From Planctopirus limnophila DSM 3776 (GTDB taxonomy: Bacteria; Planctomycetota; Planctomycetia; Planctomycetales; Planctomycetaceae), in contig NC_014148.1 in the NCBI RefSeq assembly GCF_000092105.1, positions 1,920,001 through 1,952,000 on the forward strand: a stretch of 32,000 nucleotides of DNA, given 5' to 3'. Position 1 is the stretch's first letter. Each line of letters opens with the position of its first letter. Position numbers and translations under genes: made by a program. Below, piece by piece: positions 1 through 9,714 of the stretch. The notes beneath the pieces are model-generated. The model saw only the letters and a program-made list of their open reading frames with translations. It made no database searches and had not been told where the DNA came from.

Positions 1-669
1 GATGTTATCATTCGAATTGGCCGTATAGTCCGAGCGACTGGATTTCGCCTTCCCATTGATCACTTCAGTAAAGTAATCAAAAGTTCCCGAAGCTGTGTCG
101 GCTCCAAAGAGTTGGATCGGTTCGTCGGGCCAGCCTTCGCGAACTTCACTCCACTTGGAAACTTTGCTGTCAGCGGCCCAGATCTTGTTCAGTTCAGCCA
201 CTGTCATGCATTCGGCGAAGGTGTTGGCAGGATTGATGACCACTGTCAGGCCATCAATGGCCACCTGAAATTCAACGTAATCGATTCCCTTGGCTTTGCA
301 CTCAGCGGCTTCCTTCTCGGTGATCGGTCGGCTGGCACCAGTCACGTCGATTTCCTCCGCGATAAATTTCTTGAAGCCGCCACCTGTGCCAGACATGGCC
401 ACAGTCAGTTTCACTTCTGGAAACTTACCTTCAAATTCTTCAGCCACTGCCTGAGAGATTGGAAAGACGGTGCTGGATCCATCGACGGCAATCGTTCCCG
501 AAATCGATGGCGTTGCCGCATTCATCCCCTCTGTTGACGAATTAGTCTTTTCGCTGGTTGAAGCCGCTTGATCGGCTGACTTCTTCTGGACGCAGCCGGA
601 CAGCGAGCCACACACAGTCCCAAACAACGCGATCAGTACCAAGACATATCGGGGACGTAAAAATGGCAT
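1..669 (-). CDS. pstS: Phosphate ABC transporter substrate-binding lipoprotein PstS; the 3' end runs off the left edge of the window
   Basis: Absent from the ORF track because it is edge-truncated. The reverse complement of 1..669 reads MPFLRPRYVLVLIALFGTVCGSLSGCVQKK... (signal peptide with lipobox LSGC), then ...GTIAVDGSSTVFPISQAVAEEF...VAMSGTGGGFKKF...ITEKEAAECKAKGIDYVEFQVAIDGLTVV. These are typical PstS/phosphate-binding-protein motifs. The ATG is the complement of 667..669 and the frame stays open to position 1. It sits next to a PhoR-like kinase. Confidence 0.85.
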   Translation of the reverse strand, partial: MPFLRPRYVLVLIALFGTVCGSLSGCVQKKSADQAASTSEKTNSSTEGMNAATPSISGTIAVDGSSTVFPISQAVAEEFEGKFPEVKLTVAMSGTGGGFKKFIAEEIDVTGASRPITEKEAAECKAKGIDYVEFQVAIDGLTVVINPANTFAECMTVAELNKIWAADSKVSKWSEVREGWPDEPIQLFGADTASGTFDYFTEVINGKAKSSRSDYTANSNDNI

Positions 670-784
670 TCCAGCAGCTCCAGTCTTCTATGTTCATCGT
701 TGATCAAGAATTGATGCCGGATATGTTTTTCCGACGACCGAGGGAGCCTAAGGACTCTCTGTGAAAATTCCAACCAGCCTATTG

Positions 785-805
785 TTAAGATTGTCTTAAT
801 TTAAG
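785..805. promoter_or_regulatory. AT-rich cluster of TTAAG/CTTAA half-sites in the pstS upstream region (candidate operator or Pho-box-like site)
   Basis: TTAAGAttgTCTTAA (785..799) overlaps CTTAAtTTAAG (795..805). ATTGT(T/C) direct repeats sit at 781, 790 and 841. The cluster is about 115-135 nt upstream of the pstS ATG. Confidence 0.2.
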
Positions 806-957
806 TGCGGCAATGGGTTGCGTTCAAGTGAGGCCACACGATTGTCCTTTGAATCCAGCCTTTTTCGGTGGAAAAGCTTAGCCAATTCGGGTTTTCCTGA
901 ATCAGGATTATTGGGCTTGTATTTCATCTGATAGGCAATGCACAGCAAATTCGCAGT

Positions 958-2712
958 TCACATCCATGTCTGGCCATTCGAGTTTTGACCGTTCTTCAGC
1001 AGGACCGTGAATTGACTGCCAGAGCCCACCTGACTGGTGACACGGATACTTCCCCCAAAAACCTGGCAAAGGTGCTTCACAATCGAAAGTCCCAATCCAG
1101 TACCGCCGACCTCGCGGGAGCGGGCTTTATCGACCCGGTAGAATCGCTCAAAAATTCTGGCCTGATGCTCGCGAGGAATCCCGACACCGGTATCTTCCAC
1201 ATCGATTCTTGACCACTCACCGTCCCGTCTCCAGCGGACTGTGACCTGGCCGCCCGCAGGAGTGTAGTTCAACGCATTGTCGAGCAGGTTGTCGATAATC
1301 GTCTGGAAACCATCACTGTCGGCAATGACTTCCATCTCGTCATTCGGAGCGACCGAGATCAGTTCAATCTGCTTGCTCTTGGCCACACCCTGATGTTCGT
1401 CAATGCTTTTTTGCAGGATGTAAGTGGCGTTGACTGGTTCAAGCTCGAAGGCCTGTTCAATCGAATCCAGCCGAGCCAGAGCAATCAGATCGGCAATCAG
1501 CTTGTTGAGCCGTTCGGCCTGTTCCTCAATTCTCTGCAGGAAAGTCCTGCAGGTCTCTTCATCTTCCATTGCGCCATTGAGCAAGGTTTCTGCATAAGCA
1601 CTGATGGAAGTGAGTGGGGTCTTCAGTTCATGAGAAACATTGGAGACAAACTCTCGTCGCAGATTTTCAAGACGCCTGAGATCTGTGACGTCATGCAGAA
1701 CCAATACCGCACCGGTTGCCGGTTCGCCGGGCAAGGGGGAGGCCACCATGGCCAACGTTCGCTGTGTGCGTGCGACGTCGAACTCGACCTTTTCCGAGGG
1801 TTGACCACTGAGTGCCGCTTGAACAATTTTTTGTACTTGCGGATGTCGTACGGCTTCCCAGATCGGTCGGCGCATAAAGCTTTGCGGCTGAACGTCCAAC
1901 AGTTGGAACACCGTATCGTTGGCAAAAAGAATCTGCTCTGAGCGGTCAACAGCAATGACACCTTCAATCATCGAGCGGAGGACCGTCGCCAGTTGTTCAT
2001 GTTTTTCTTCGAGTTCCTGGCTTTGTTTCTCGAGTTCACTGAATCGCTGGGCCAGCTGCCGATCCATGTTTCTTAGGGTGCGGGCCAAAGTACCGATTTC
2101 GTTCTGGCTATCGAAATTCAATCCCTTGGGCGATTCTCCCAAGGCCATCTGTTCGGCAGCGTGGGTCAGTCGATCCAGTGGTTGAATGATTCGGGCGACC
2201 ATGACGTATGTCACAATCAATCCGATCAGCACCAGTGTAAACGCTGTGGCCCACAATCGAGCCGAGATCCAGGAAAGGTTTTCTGTCACGCTGTCGAGCG
2301 GCGTCGTCATGCGGAGAATCAGCGTCTCGCCATGGGCCTCAAATTCGATCGCATAAAACTGAAACAGGGCATTCGCGTTCGGCCGCCGTGAAGCTCCAAT
2401 GCGATGAGCAAGCGCATCTGCCAGTTCCGGTTCGGCATCGGCCTTCTGTCGAGCTTGATCCAACGTCAAAACTTCGAATCTTGTTTCCGAAGTGGCGTTG
2501 ATGGTTCGCAGAAAATCCCATCGGTCAGCGGCAGGAATTTTTCGAAGTTGTGGTAAAAGGATTTGTGCATTGTCGATCTGCCGGGCTTCGACTTGCGGAT
2601 ATGCCAGATCGCGATAACCCGCAGTGAGTGTTAAGGCAAATGCGAATGCCGTGCAGAGCGTCAAACCCGCATAGATCGCGAAAATTCTCCAAAAGAGTTG
2701 CGATGTCAGCAT
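958..2712 (-). CDS. phoR: Phosphate-regulon-type sensor histidine kinase (2 TM, periplasmic loop, HAMP, coiled coil, PAS, HisKA, HATPase_c)
   Basis: 584-aa ORF with an ATG start. TM1 is FWRIFAIYAGLTLCTAFAFALTL and TM2 is LWATAFTLVLIGLIVTYVMV. The H-box FVSNVSHELKTPLTSISAYAETLLNGAMEDEE closely resembles the Bacillus PhoR H-box region as I remember it. N-box LLDNALNYT, G1 DTGVGIP and G2 GGTGLGLSIVKH are present. It lies directly upstream of pstS on the same strand. Confidence 0.85.
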   Translation of the reverse strand: MLTSQLFWRIFAIYAGLTLCTAFAFALTLTAGYRDLAYPQVEARQIDNAQILLPQLRKIPAADRWDFLRTINATSETRFEVLTLDQARQKADAEPELADALAHRIGASRRPNANALFQFYAIEFEAHGETLILRMTTPLDSVTENLSWISARLWATAFTLVLIGLIVTYVMVARIIQPLDRLTHAAEQMALGESPKGLNFDSQNEIGTLARTLRNMDRQLAQRFSELEKQSQELEEKHEQLATVLRSMIEGVIAVDRSEQILFANDTVFQLLDVQPQSFMRRPIWEAVRHPQVQKIVQAALSGQPSEKVEFDVARTQRTLAMVASPLPGEPATGAVLVLHDVTDLRRLENLRREFVSNVSHELKTPLTSISAYAETLLNGAMEDEETCRTFLQRIEEQAERLNKLIADLIALARLDSIEQAFELEPVNATYILQKSIDEHQGVAKSKQIELISVAPNDEMEVIADSDGFQTIIDNLLDNALNYTPAGGQVTVRWRRDGEWSRIDVEDTGVGIPREHQARIFERFYRVDKARSREVGGTGLGLSIVKHLCQVFGGSIRVTSQVGSGSQFTVLLKNGQNSNGQTWM

Positions 2713-3177
2713 GCGGTCATCCGTCTGAAAGACACTTCCGTGGTTCTTTTAATGCTCGTCATGCGGGTCTCAGGAGTGACGACGATTTCAACGTCGCCGG
2801 GAGATTTCACTCACGACATCGCGCAACCCTGCCTATGCAGATTCTGCACAGATGATAGGGCAACAATCAACGCCAGACGACTGGGGAAGCGTAGACCATG
2901 AGATTTTGATGAACGCTTCGCGAAGAATCAGCCAATTCGAGTCGCCAGGAGACCATCGTTAGAACGACTTGTTCTGGTGGATGATCCAGGGGGCTTGCTG
3001 AGGTCAAGACAACCGATTTCAGGCGATGGCTAAAGAAGGCCCGGGGAATTCAATGGGACTATAAAGATCTCATTCGCCATAAAGGTCATTTGAATAGGCT
3101 GCAATAGTCATGATCTACGCAAATGCCTGGAGGCCGATTTGATGCTTCAAGCAGCCCGATGGGTGCTGATCTCAAGG

Positions 3178-4185
3178 TTAACGAGTGAAAATGGATTGTC
3201 GCTGGTACCCATTTTCCTGCGACTGAACCGATGTGTCCACGGGTTTCACGGCAATAAATGTTTCATGAACTGCAGCACCAATTTTATTGAGTTTCGTCTG
3301 CAGTAGATCAAGAAATTCATGCAAGCCCTGCTGAATCACATCGTCCACCGTGGTATAGGCCAGTTCGGATCGCAGTTGGCCGACGCGCTGTTCTGCTGAG
3401 TTGCGGAACGTATCCATGGGCGTACCCGAAATTGCATGCAAGGCATGTTCGACACCGGTGACCGAATAATTGATCGCCCGCGGGAAATGGCGATCCAGAA
3501 TCAGGAATTGAGCGACTTTCGATGGCGTGATCGCATGGAATTGTTTCGAGTACATTTCCATGGCACTGACAGATCTCAAGACCGCTTGCCACTGCAGGTC
3601 ATCTGTGGGCGAGCCCACATCATGGACTGTCGGCAACAGGAGGTAATACTTCACGTCCAGAATTCGTGAGGTTTTGTCGGCACGCTCAAGCAAACGCCCC
3701 AACCGACTGAAGTTCCATCCTTCCCCTCGGGACATTGTGGCATCCGTGATTCCTTTGAAGAGATGCGAAGCCTGCTTGATCTCCTGGAAAAAATCGAGAG
3801 GAGACGCCTTGATGCGATCGTTTGCCGAAGCTTCCCGCACCATGTAGTAGAACAGATTCAACTGCTCCCACATCTCGCTGGAGATCGTCTCACGAACAGA
3901 GCGGGCATTCTCTCGGGCAAATTTGACGCACGAACGGATCGAGCCGGGATAGTCCTGGTCGAAGGCGAGAAACTCAATCACGCTGCTCTGATTCGCATCG
4001 CCATACTTCTCACGAAAGTACTCATGGTCACCTGTCGTATAGACCAGTGGCGCCCACGCATTCTGATGAGACTGCGGTAAATCGAGCATTAAATTAAAAG
4101 TCACGTCCATGAATCGTGCCAGGTTTTCAGCACGTTCAATGTATCGACTCATCCAATAGATCGCGTCGGCAACACGGCTGAGCAT
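3178..4185 (-). CDS. Alpha-E domain protein (COG2307, formerly DUF403), stand-alone
   Basis: 335 aa. The N-terminus MLSRVADAIYWMSRYIERAENLARF is the signature opening helix of the Alpha-E family. It is all-helical in character, lies immediately downstream of a CP ATP-grasp gene, and is paralogous to the C-terminal half of ORF 6842..9535. Confidence 0.85.
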   Translation of the reverse strand: MLSRVADAIYWMSRYIERAENLARFMDVTFNLMLDLPQSHQNAWAPLVYTTGDHEYFREKYGDANQSSVIEFLAFDQDYPGSIRSCVKFARENARSVRETISSEMWEQLNLFYYMVREASANDRIKASPLDFFQEIKQASHLFKGITDATMSRGEGWNFSRLGRLLERADKTSRILDVKYYLLLPTVHDVGSPTDDLQWQAVLRSVSAMEMYSKQFHAITPSKVAQFLILDRHFPRAINYSVTGVEHALHAISGTPMDTFRNSAEQRVGQLRSELAYTTVDDVIQQGLHEFLDLLQTKLNKIGAAVHETFIAVKPVDTSVQSQENGYQRQSIFTR

Positions 4186-4289
4186 TCCAGTTCTTCCGGC
4201 AAGCGTTCAAGTTGTAAAATAGGCTCTGAAAATACTAAAGGTGAGTCTCATCGTTTGCTGAGTGGGTCATGGAGACCCTGAATCTGCCC

Positions 4290-5795
4290 TTAAGGGGTCG
4301 CTGATTGTGGTGTCAGCTGTTCCTGATTGGTGGCAATGACCCATGTGTCTTTGCTTCCACCCCCTTGAGAAGAGTTTACGACGAGTGAGCCTTTTCTTAA
4401 GGCCACGCGGGTCAGTCCGCCTGGAAGCACGAAAATTTCTTTACCATAGAGGATGTAAGGCCTGAGATCGACATGCCGACCCTCAAAATGATCTCCACAG
4501 ATTGTTGGTACTCTCGAAAGCGAGAGTGTCGGCTGCGCAATATAGTTCCGCGGATTGGCTTTAATCAGTTCAGCGAATTGAGCCTGCTGCTCTTTGGTTG
4601 AATGGGGACCCACCAGCATGCCATATCCTCCCGATTCATTGGCCGCCTTGACAACCAGTTCATCCAGATGATCGAGGACATAGGCTCTTTCATCCTGATT
4701 TTCGCAAATGTAGGTGGGGACGTTCGGAATGATAGCCTCTTCATTGAGGTAGTACTTGATGATCTTCGGGACATACGCATAGATCACTTTGTCATCGGCC
4801 ACTCCAGTGCCTGGTGCATTCGCCAGCGCCACCCGTCCTGCACGATAAACATTCATCAGCCCTTCCACGCCGAGCATGGAATCAGCCCGGAAGGCTTTCG
4901 GATCAAGAAAATCGTCATCAATGCGACGGTAGATCACATCAACCTGTTCGAGGCCAGAGGTCGTCCGCATGTATAGCTTTTCACCGGCAACAACCAGATC
5001 CCGTCCTTCGACGAGTTCGACACCCATCTGCTGTGCCAGGAACGAATGCTCGTAATAGGCTGAGTTAAAGACGCCTGGTGTGAGCACCACCACGCGCGGA
5101 TTGGCGACATCCCGCGGTGAAAGATGCTCTAACGTTCTCAGTAATCGAAGCGGATAATCACCGACTGGACGCACACGACTGAGATCGAACACCTGTGGGA
5201 ATGTCCGTTTCATGATCGAGCGATTCTGCAGCACATAGGAGACACCCGATGGGCAGCGCAGGTTATCTTCCAGTACATAGATCTGCCCATCGCCTCCACG
5301 TACAAGGTCTGTCCCGGTGACATGGCACCAGATCCCGTGCGGCGGGTTGATCCCGTGGCATTGCTCGCGGTAACTCTTCGCATCCAGCAGAATTTCTGCT
5401 GGTATCACTCCATCCTTGATGATCTGCTGATCGTGATAGATATCGTTAATGAAAAGGTTGAGAGCTTGAATTCGTTGTTTTAAGCCCCGTTCGAGCCATT
5501 CCCATTCATGGGCCGGTACGATTCGGGGGATGATGTCGAACGGGAAGATACGTTCGGCGCCCTGATTGTCTCCATAGACGTTAAACGTGATGCCCAGTTG
5601 CAGCAAAAGGCGTTCAGCGGCCGCCTGTCGGCGCATTAACTCACCCGGCGGTAGCGAATTGATTCTTTGGATGATCGGGCCGGCTTCAGGTCTTGGCGTC
5701 TGATCCGCGAGAAACAGTTCGTCGTGAAAACCCTCGGTCTGGTACTCAGCAAAGCTGAGAGCTACGTCAGGAACGGACGCCAGCACTGGATTCAT
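4290..5795 (-). CDS. Circularly permuted type-2 ATP-grasp protein (COG2308, formerly DUF404/DUF407), stand-alone
   Basis: 501 aa. Segments such as [62 protein letters not shown] and [19 protein letters not shown] match the conserved COG2308 family as I recall it. It has the classical genomic partnership with Alpha-E and transglutaminase genes. Confidence 0.85.
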   Translation of the reverse strand: MNPVLASVPDVALSFAEYQTEGFHDELFLADQTPRPEAGPIIQRINSLPPGELMRRQAAAERLLLQLGITFNVYGDNQGAERIFPFDIIPRIVPAHEWEWLERGLKQRIQALNLFINDIYHDQQIIKDGVIPAEILLDAKSYREQCHGINPPHGIWCHVTGTDLVRGGDGQIYVLEDNLRCPSGVSYVLQNRSIMKRTFPQVFDLSRVRPVGDYPLRLLRTLEHLSPRDVANPRVVVLTPGVFNSAYYEHSFLAQQMGVELVEGRDLVVAGEKLYMRTTSGLEQVDVIYRRIDDDFLDPKAFRADSMLGVEGLMNVYRAGRVALANAPGTGVADDKVIYAYVPKIIKYYLNEEAIIPNVPTYICENQDERAYVLDHLDELVVKAANESGGYGMLVGPHSTKEQQAQFAELIKANPRNYIAQPTLSLSRVPTICGDHFEGRHVDLRPYILYGKEIFVLPGGLTRVALRKGSLVVNSSQGGGSKDTWVIATNQEQLTPQSATP

Positions 5796-5879
5796 GAATT
5801 CGATCCTGCGAAGTTAGCCAAAGATTAAAGAGGACAATTTTGAGCAATGGGCAAGTCGAAATCACTTGCAAAGAAGTCT

Positions 5880-6794
5880 TTACCCGGCGGTAGCGGCATA
5901 ACCGCTCGCGGTGTCGAATTCTTCTTCGGGCATAACATCCACAGAAATTGCCATCGTATGCTGACCCCCACCGATAAATACGCCTTTGATGGGGCAGACA
6001 TCGGTGTAATCTCTGCCCCATGCCGTGGTGATATGTTGGTCGGAAGCCATCGTGTTATTTGTCGGGTCAAAATCAATCCATCCCATCTCACCGCAAAAGA
6101 CCGATAACCATGCATGAGAAGCATCAGCACCAATCAGCCTGGGCTTCCCCGGAGGTGGTAACGTCCGGATGTATCCACTGACATAACGGGCAGCCAGACC
6201 TAACGAGCGCAGGCAACCAATCTGCAAATGTGCAAAATCCTGACAGACCCCGCGTCGGCTCTCCAGAACTTCTTCCAGAGGGCTGTTCACTGTTGTGGCT
6301 GTCGGATCGTATTTGAAATCATGAAAAATTCGTGCCGTGAGATCAAGAACTGCTGAAACAATGGGCTTTCCCGGGCTGAAAGAGAGAGCAGCGTACTCTC
6401 GAAGGGCTGGAAATGAGTGAATCGATGGCGAGTCGATGCAAAACTGCATGGCATCAAGGCAGTCGTGCCCGTCAGCGCGGCACAATCGTTGCACCATTTG
6501 TTCCCAGGAGGGTGACAGACTTGGGATCACGGGGGGCTTAACGATCACTTCAATATGGCTGATCGATTTTACAATCAAACGTCGATGAGGTCGCTGTATG
6601 GCAAAGTAATGCTCGACGTTCCCAAAAAAATCAGTCCGTCGAACAATGGCAGCAGGCTTTGGCCTGACGATGACCCGATGATCGAAACACCGTTGAGTCA
6701 GCATGTTTCGTGGTGCCAGATGCACCACATTATGGCAGACAGCCACCGGGTCGGTGTAGCGGTAGTCGGTCGTGTGGGTAATGCGGTATTCCAT
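5880..6794 (-). CDS. Transglutaminase-like cysteine peptidase family protein (Bact_transglu_N plus transglutaminase core)
   Basis: 304 aa. The N-terminus MEYRITHTTDYRYTDPVAVCHNVVHLAP is of Bact_transglu_N type. The catalytic triad context is intact: Cys184 in RRGVCQDFAH (codon at 6243..6245 checked on the sequence), His227 in ADASHAWLSV, and Asp243 in GWIDFDPTN. Confidence 0.9.
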   Translation of the reverse strand: MEYRITHTTDYRYTDPVAVCHNVVHLAPRNMLTQRCFDHRVIVRPKPAAIVRRTDFFGNVEHYFAIQRPHRRLIVKSISHIEVIVKPPVIPSLSPSWEQMVQRLCRADGHDCLDAMQFCIDSPSIHSFPALREYAALSFSPGKPIVSAVLDLTARIFHDFKYDPTATTVNSPLEEVLESRRGVCQDFAHLQIGCLRSLGLAARYVSGYIRTLPPPGKPRLIGADASHAWLSVFCGEMGWIDFDPTNNTMASDQHITTAWGRDYTDVCPIKGVFIGGGQHTMAISVDVMPEEEFDTASGYAATAG

Positions 6795-6841
6795 TCGCCT
6801 GGCTGATCTTCAAAAAGAAAATGGTTCCTGAAACCCTGAAA

Positions 6842-9535
6842 TCACAGGCTTTCGTTATCCAGCATAAAATCGTTGTCTTCCAGTGATCTTCGTTCCCGCT
6901 CAATCATTTTCTCCCGCTCGTTGGTTTTCTCACGGGAGGTGGTGTTCATATTCCATTCGGCGGGCTTGAGTTTTCGCGGCCGGACATCTGTCAGTTGTTG
7001 TGCAGAAACCGCGTGCAACAAATAACGATGAGTAATGGCATTGGAAAGTTGCGGGAGAATACGGGCAAGTTTTGCCAGGCGGCGGTCAATTCGATCTCGC
7101 ACATCGGGTTGATTGGCACTGGAAAGTTCTTCTGCAGAGATCAATTGCAGCAGGCTGTTGGCGTTGAGAATCAAACGCTGTTCCGTCGTTCTCAGTGGTG
7201 TCGTTTTGTCTCTGGGGAGCTGATCAATATGCTGGGATAATGTCTGCATCTGGAAAATGACCGAGCGAGGATTGCTTTCGTCAGTCAGAATCAGATCCAG
7301 CACAGGTGGTAATTGAATGCGGGTCAGATAGCGTGTGCGATAGGTGATCAGGCTATCTGCCACTTCGACGATCGATTCCAGAACAGCCGAAGAGTTCATG
7401 TATTCAGGGATTAACAGGCTTCGCCCGAGAACCAGAGTCTGCATACTCCGTTCAATACGCCGCCCGATATCCAGAAATCGCCAACCCAGAGTTCTTGTCG
7501 TACTTTCCATCGATAACCCACTCAGGGCCGACAGATCTCCAATCAAGCGGTTGAGCTGTTGAAGCACGTCCGCAAAATCGGTAGCGGCATTGGTGCGCCG
7601 GCGATGAAACTCCCGGTACAGGCGGTTGATCGTTCGCCAGCTATCGAGAGAAAGTCGTTCCCGAACCAGCGATGCGACATGATTGAGCTGGCTGAGTGTC
7701 GATTTCAGGCTGAATGGTTCACGTTCATCAAAAATCGCTGGTGGTAATAAACTTTCAATGGCAGGCATGTGCTGACGGAAATCCTGCAGGGCGAAGCTGG
7801 GTTCAATCTGACCCCCTTCCGCCAGGCATCGCATCAGCACCGCGACATCCGGCACATTGCTACCCCCGGATTCACCAGTCAGTCGGCTGACCATGGTTCG
7901 TAATAAGCGTGCAGTGCTTTCCGCCCTTTCAGCAAATCGACCGACCCAGAACATGTTGTCTGCCACACGGCTGGGAAGTTCCGAGCCACTTCGTCTGAGT
8001 GTGATGGCCGCCCCGGGAGGCGAAAGCAATGTGATCTGCGGTACCGGGCCATCACTTTGAACCCAGCAATCTTTGGCACCCTCTCCCAAGGAAACGGATT
8101 GATCAATCGTGTGAGATGATGGGGAGCATCGCACTAAACCACCGGGCATAGCCACATACCCGGAATTTGATGCCACGAGATAAGTCCTCAGCCCCACATG
8201 CCATGATTGCCACGAATCATTGAGCAGGACAGGAGCTTTCGAGCGACGCACGATTTCCTGCCCGACATACAGGTGCGGCCTGTGGTTCATGGCTGCCAGC
8301 AGTGTGTCTCTTTGAGATTGAGAGAGCTCTGCAGGGCGTCCCGAAGGGAGGTTCGAATGCGAAAATGCGGGACGAATCCACAACGAATTCGCATGCTGCC
8401 TGACATACTCCAGTGATTTGGGATCTCCGCACCACCAGGTTTGAGTCGATGGCAGATCCAGTTCGGTTCCCAGCCAGTTCCGCGCAATTTGCGGCAAATA
8501 AGCCATGATGGCGGGTGTTTCGAGCAAACTGCACCCCAGTGCATTGGCCACTGCACATTGCCGGGCTCGCAGGGCCTGAACCAGTCCCGTCACACCGCGA
8601 AATGAATCCGCTTTCAGTTCCAAAGGGTCGCAATCGAGGTCATCCAGCCTGCGAAACAGGACATCGACGGGAAGTAATCCGCCGAGTGTTTTCAGCATCA
8701 CCTGCTGATCGCGAACAGCGAGATCTTCTCCTTCGACAAGAGAATATCCCAGGTATCGAGCGAGGTAGGCGTCTTCAAAAAAATTCGGGTTCGATGGCCC
8801 CTGGCTCAGGAGCACAATCCGTGGATTATCGCGATGATCATAAGCCATCTTTTGCAGGAGTTCACGCAGAGCAATAAAGAAGGGCGCAAGACGCTGCACC
8901 CGCTGGTCTCGAAACACTTTGGGGAAAATACTCGAACCCACAATGCGGTTTTCGAGTGCGTAAGCCACCCCAGAGGGTGCTTCTGTGCGATCACTGACAA
9001 TCACCCAGTCTCCACCGGGATTCCTGGCCAGTTCTCCCGCATAAAGCTGTAACCACTGATGCTGCACGGGTGCTGGCAGATCATGTAAAGCCCGCGAATA
9101 ATGCGGGTTCGAGTAGACCAGTTGTGGTGGTAACAATCGTTCGCTGAGCAGACGCTGTTCGCCATACAGGTCGCGAATAATCATGTTCAACAGGTAGGCC
9201 CGCTGCGACAATCCTCGAGCAAGCTTCTGCCATTGATCGGGCGGGATGATCAAGGGGATGACATCAAACTCCCAGGGCCTGTTGCGCCGTTCGGTATCGC
9301 CCTGAGCAGTGTAAGTCACACTGTTTTCATGAATTGTTCGCTGGGCCTGCTGTCGAGATCGCAGCAATTCCAGCGGCCCCATCTCCTGGATGGCATCAAC
9401 CAGCGAAGTTGTGTGGGCACGAAGAACCCCACGACTCATGAAATATTCGTCGTGAGTTCCTTCGGCAACCGGATAGCTTTCAACAAGACCTTCTGCGAGT
9501 CCGGTTCGCAGAACTGTTCCAGGGGCTTGAGTCAT
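6842..9535 (-). CDS. Fusion protein: N-terminal circularly permuted ATP-grasp, C-terminal Alpha-E domain, with a charged C-terminal tail
   Basis: 897 aa. The N-half WEFDVIPLIIPPDQWQKLARGLSQRAYLLNMIIRDLYGEQRLL aligns by eye with ORF 4290..5795. The C-half LPSRVADNMFWVGRFAERAESTARLL aligns with the N-terminus of ORF 3178..4185. ATG start confirmed at 9533..9535. Confidence 0.85.
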   Translation of the reverse strand: MTQAPGTVLRTGLAEGLVESYPVAEGTHDEYFMSRGVLRAHTTSLVDAIQEMGPLELLRSRQQAQRTIHENSVTYTAQGDTERRNRPWEFDVIPLIIPPDQWQKLARGLSQRAYLLNMIIRDLYGEQRLLSERLLPPQLVYSNPHYSRALHDLPAPVQHQWLQLYAGELARNPGGDWVIVSDRTEAPSGVAYALENRIVGSSIFPKVFRDQRVQRLAPFFIALRELLQKMAYDHRDNPRIVLLSQGPSNPNFFEDAYLARYLGYSLVEGEDLAVRDQQVMLKTLGGLLPVDVLFRRLDDLDCDPLELKADSFRGVTGLVQALRARQCAVANALGCSLLETPAIMAYLPQIARNWLGTELDLPSTQTWWCGDPKSLEYVRQHANSLWIRPAFSHSNLPSGRPAELSQSQRDTLLAAMNHRPHLYVGQEIVRRSKAPVLLNDSWQSWHVGLRTYLVASNSGYVAMPGGLVRCSPSSHTIDQSVSLGEGAKDCWVQSDGPVPQITLLSPPGAAITLRRSGSELPSRVADNMFWVGRFAERAESTARLLRTMVSRLTGESGGSNVPDVAVLMRCLAEGGQIEPSFALQDFRQHMPAIESLLPPAIFDEREPFSLKSTLSQLNHVASLVRERLSLDSWRTINRLYREFHRRRTNAATDFADVLQQLNRLIGDLSALSGLSMESTTRTLGWRFLDIGRRIERSMQTLVLGRSLLIPEYMNSSAVLESIVEVADSLITYRTRYLTRIQLPPVLDLILTDESNPRSVIFQMQTLSQHIDQLPRDKTTPLRTTEQRLILNANSLLQLISAEELSSANQPDVRDRIDRRLAKLARILPQLSNAITHRYLLHAVSAQQLTDVRPRKLKPAEWNMNTTSREKTNEREKMIERERRSLEDNDFMLDNESL

Positions 9536-9714
9536 CTCGCGATGTCAATCTTTTGCACGAGTTCGAACCAATGGAAGCCGCATTGTTCCGGCAGCTACGA
9601 GATGTCATGCACACCGTGACAACCAATTCATAGATGCGTGGATACATGAGCGGTGCCTGCGTGTCAATATGCCAAATGGTGCAATATCAACCAACAGGCA
9701 GGCTCCTGCAGGAA

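Noticed and set aside
112-537. 141-aa plus-strand ORF (also 558..764) at the left edge
   Set aside because: It is an antisense shadow of the edge-truncated pstS gene. The minus-strand frame carries clear PstS motifs and a lipoprotein signal, whereas the plus-strand translation is compositionally odd with no motifs.
1393-1941. 182-aa plus-strand ORF and several 60-115-aa ORFs inside 958..2712
   Set aside because: They are antisense to, or out of frame with, a histidine kinase that has complete H, N, G1 and G2 boxes.
2774-2812. Nested hairpin GAGTGA-CGACG-atttcaa-CGTCG-(11 nt)-TCACTC in the phoR leader
   Set aside because: The stems are short (5 and 6 bp) with a large asymmetric bulge, which is within chance expectation. 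I have no conservation information.
9555-9575. tRNA-like T-loop strings (GTTCGAAC at 9561..9568; TCGAATCC near 19457)
   Set aside because: The flanking bases cannot form a T-stem, and no acceptor or anticodon arms can be drawn, so these are not tRNA genes.
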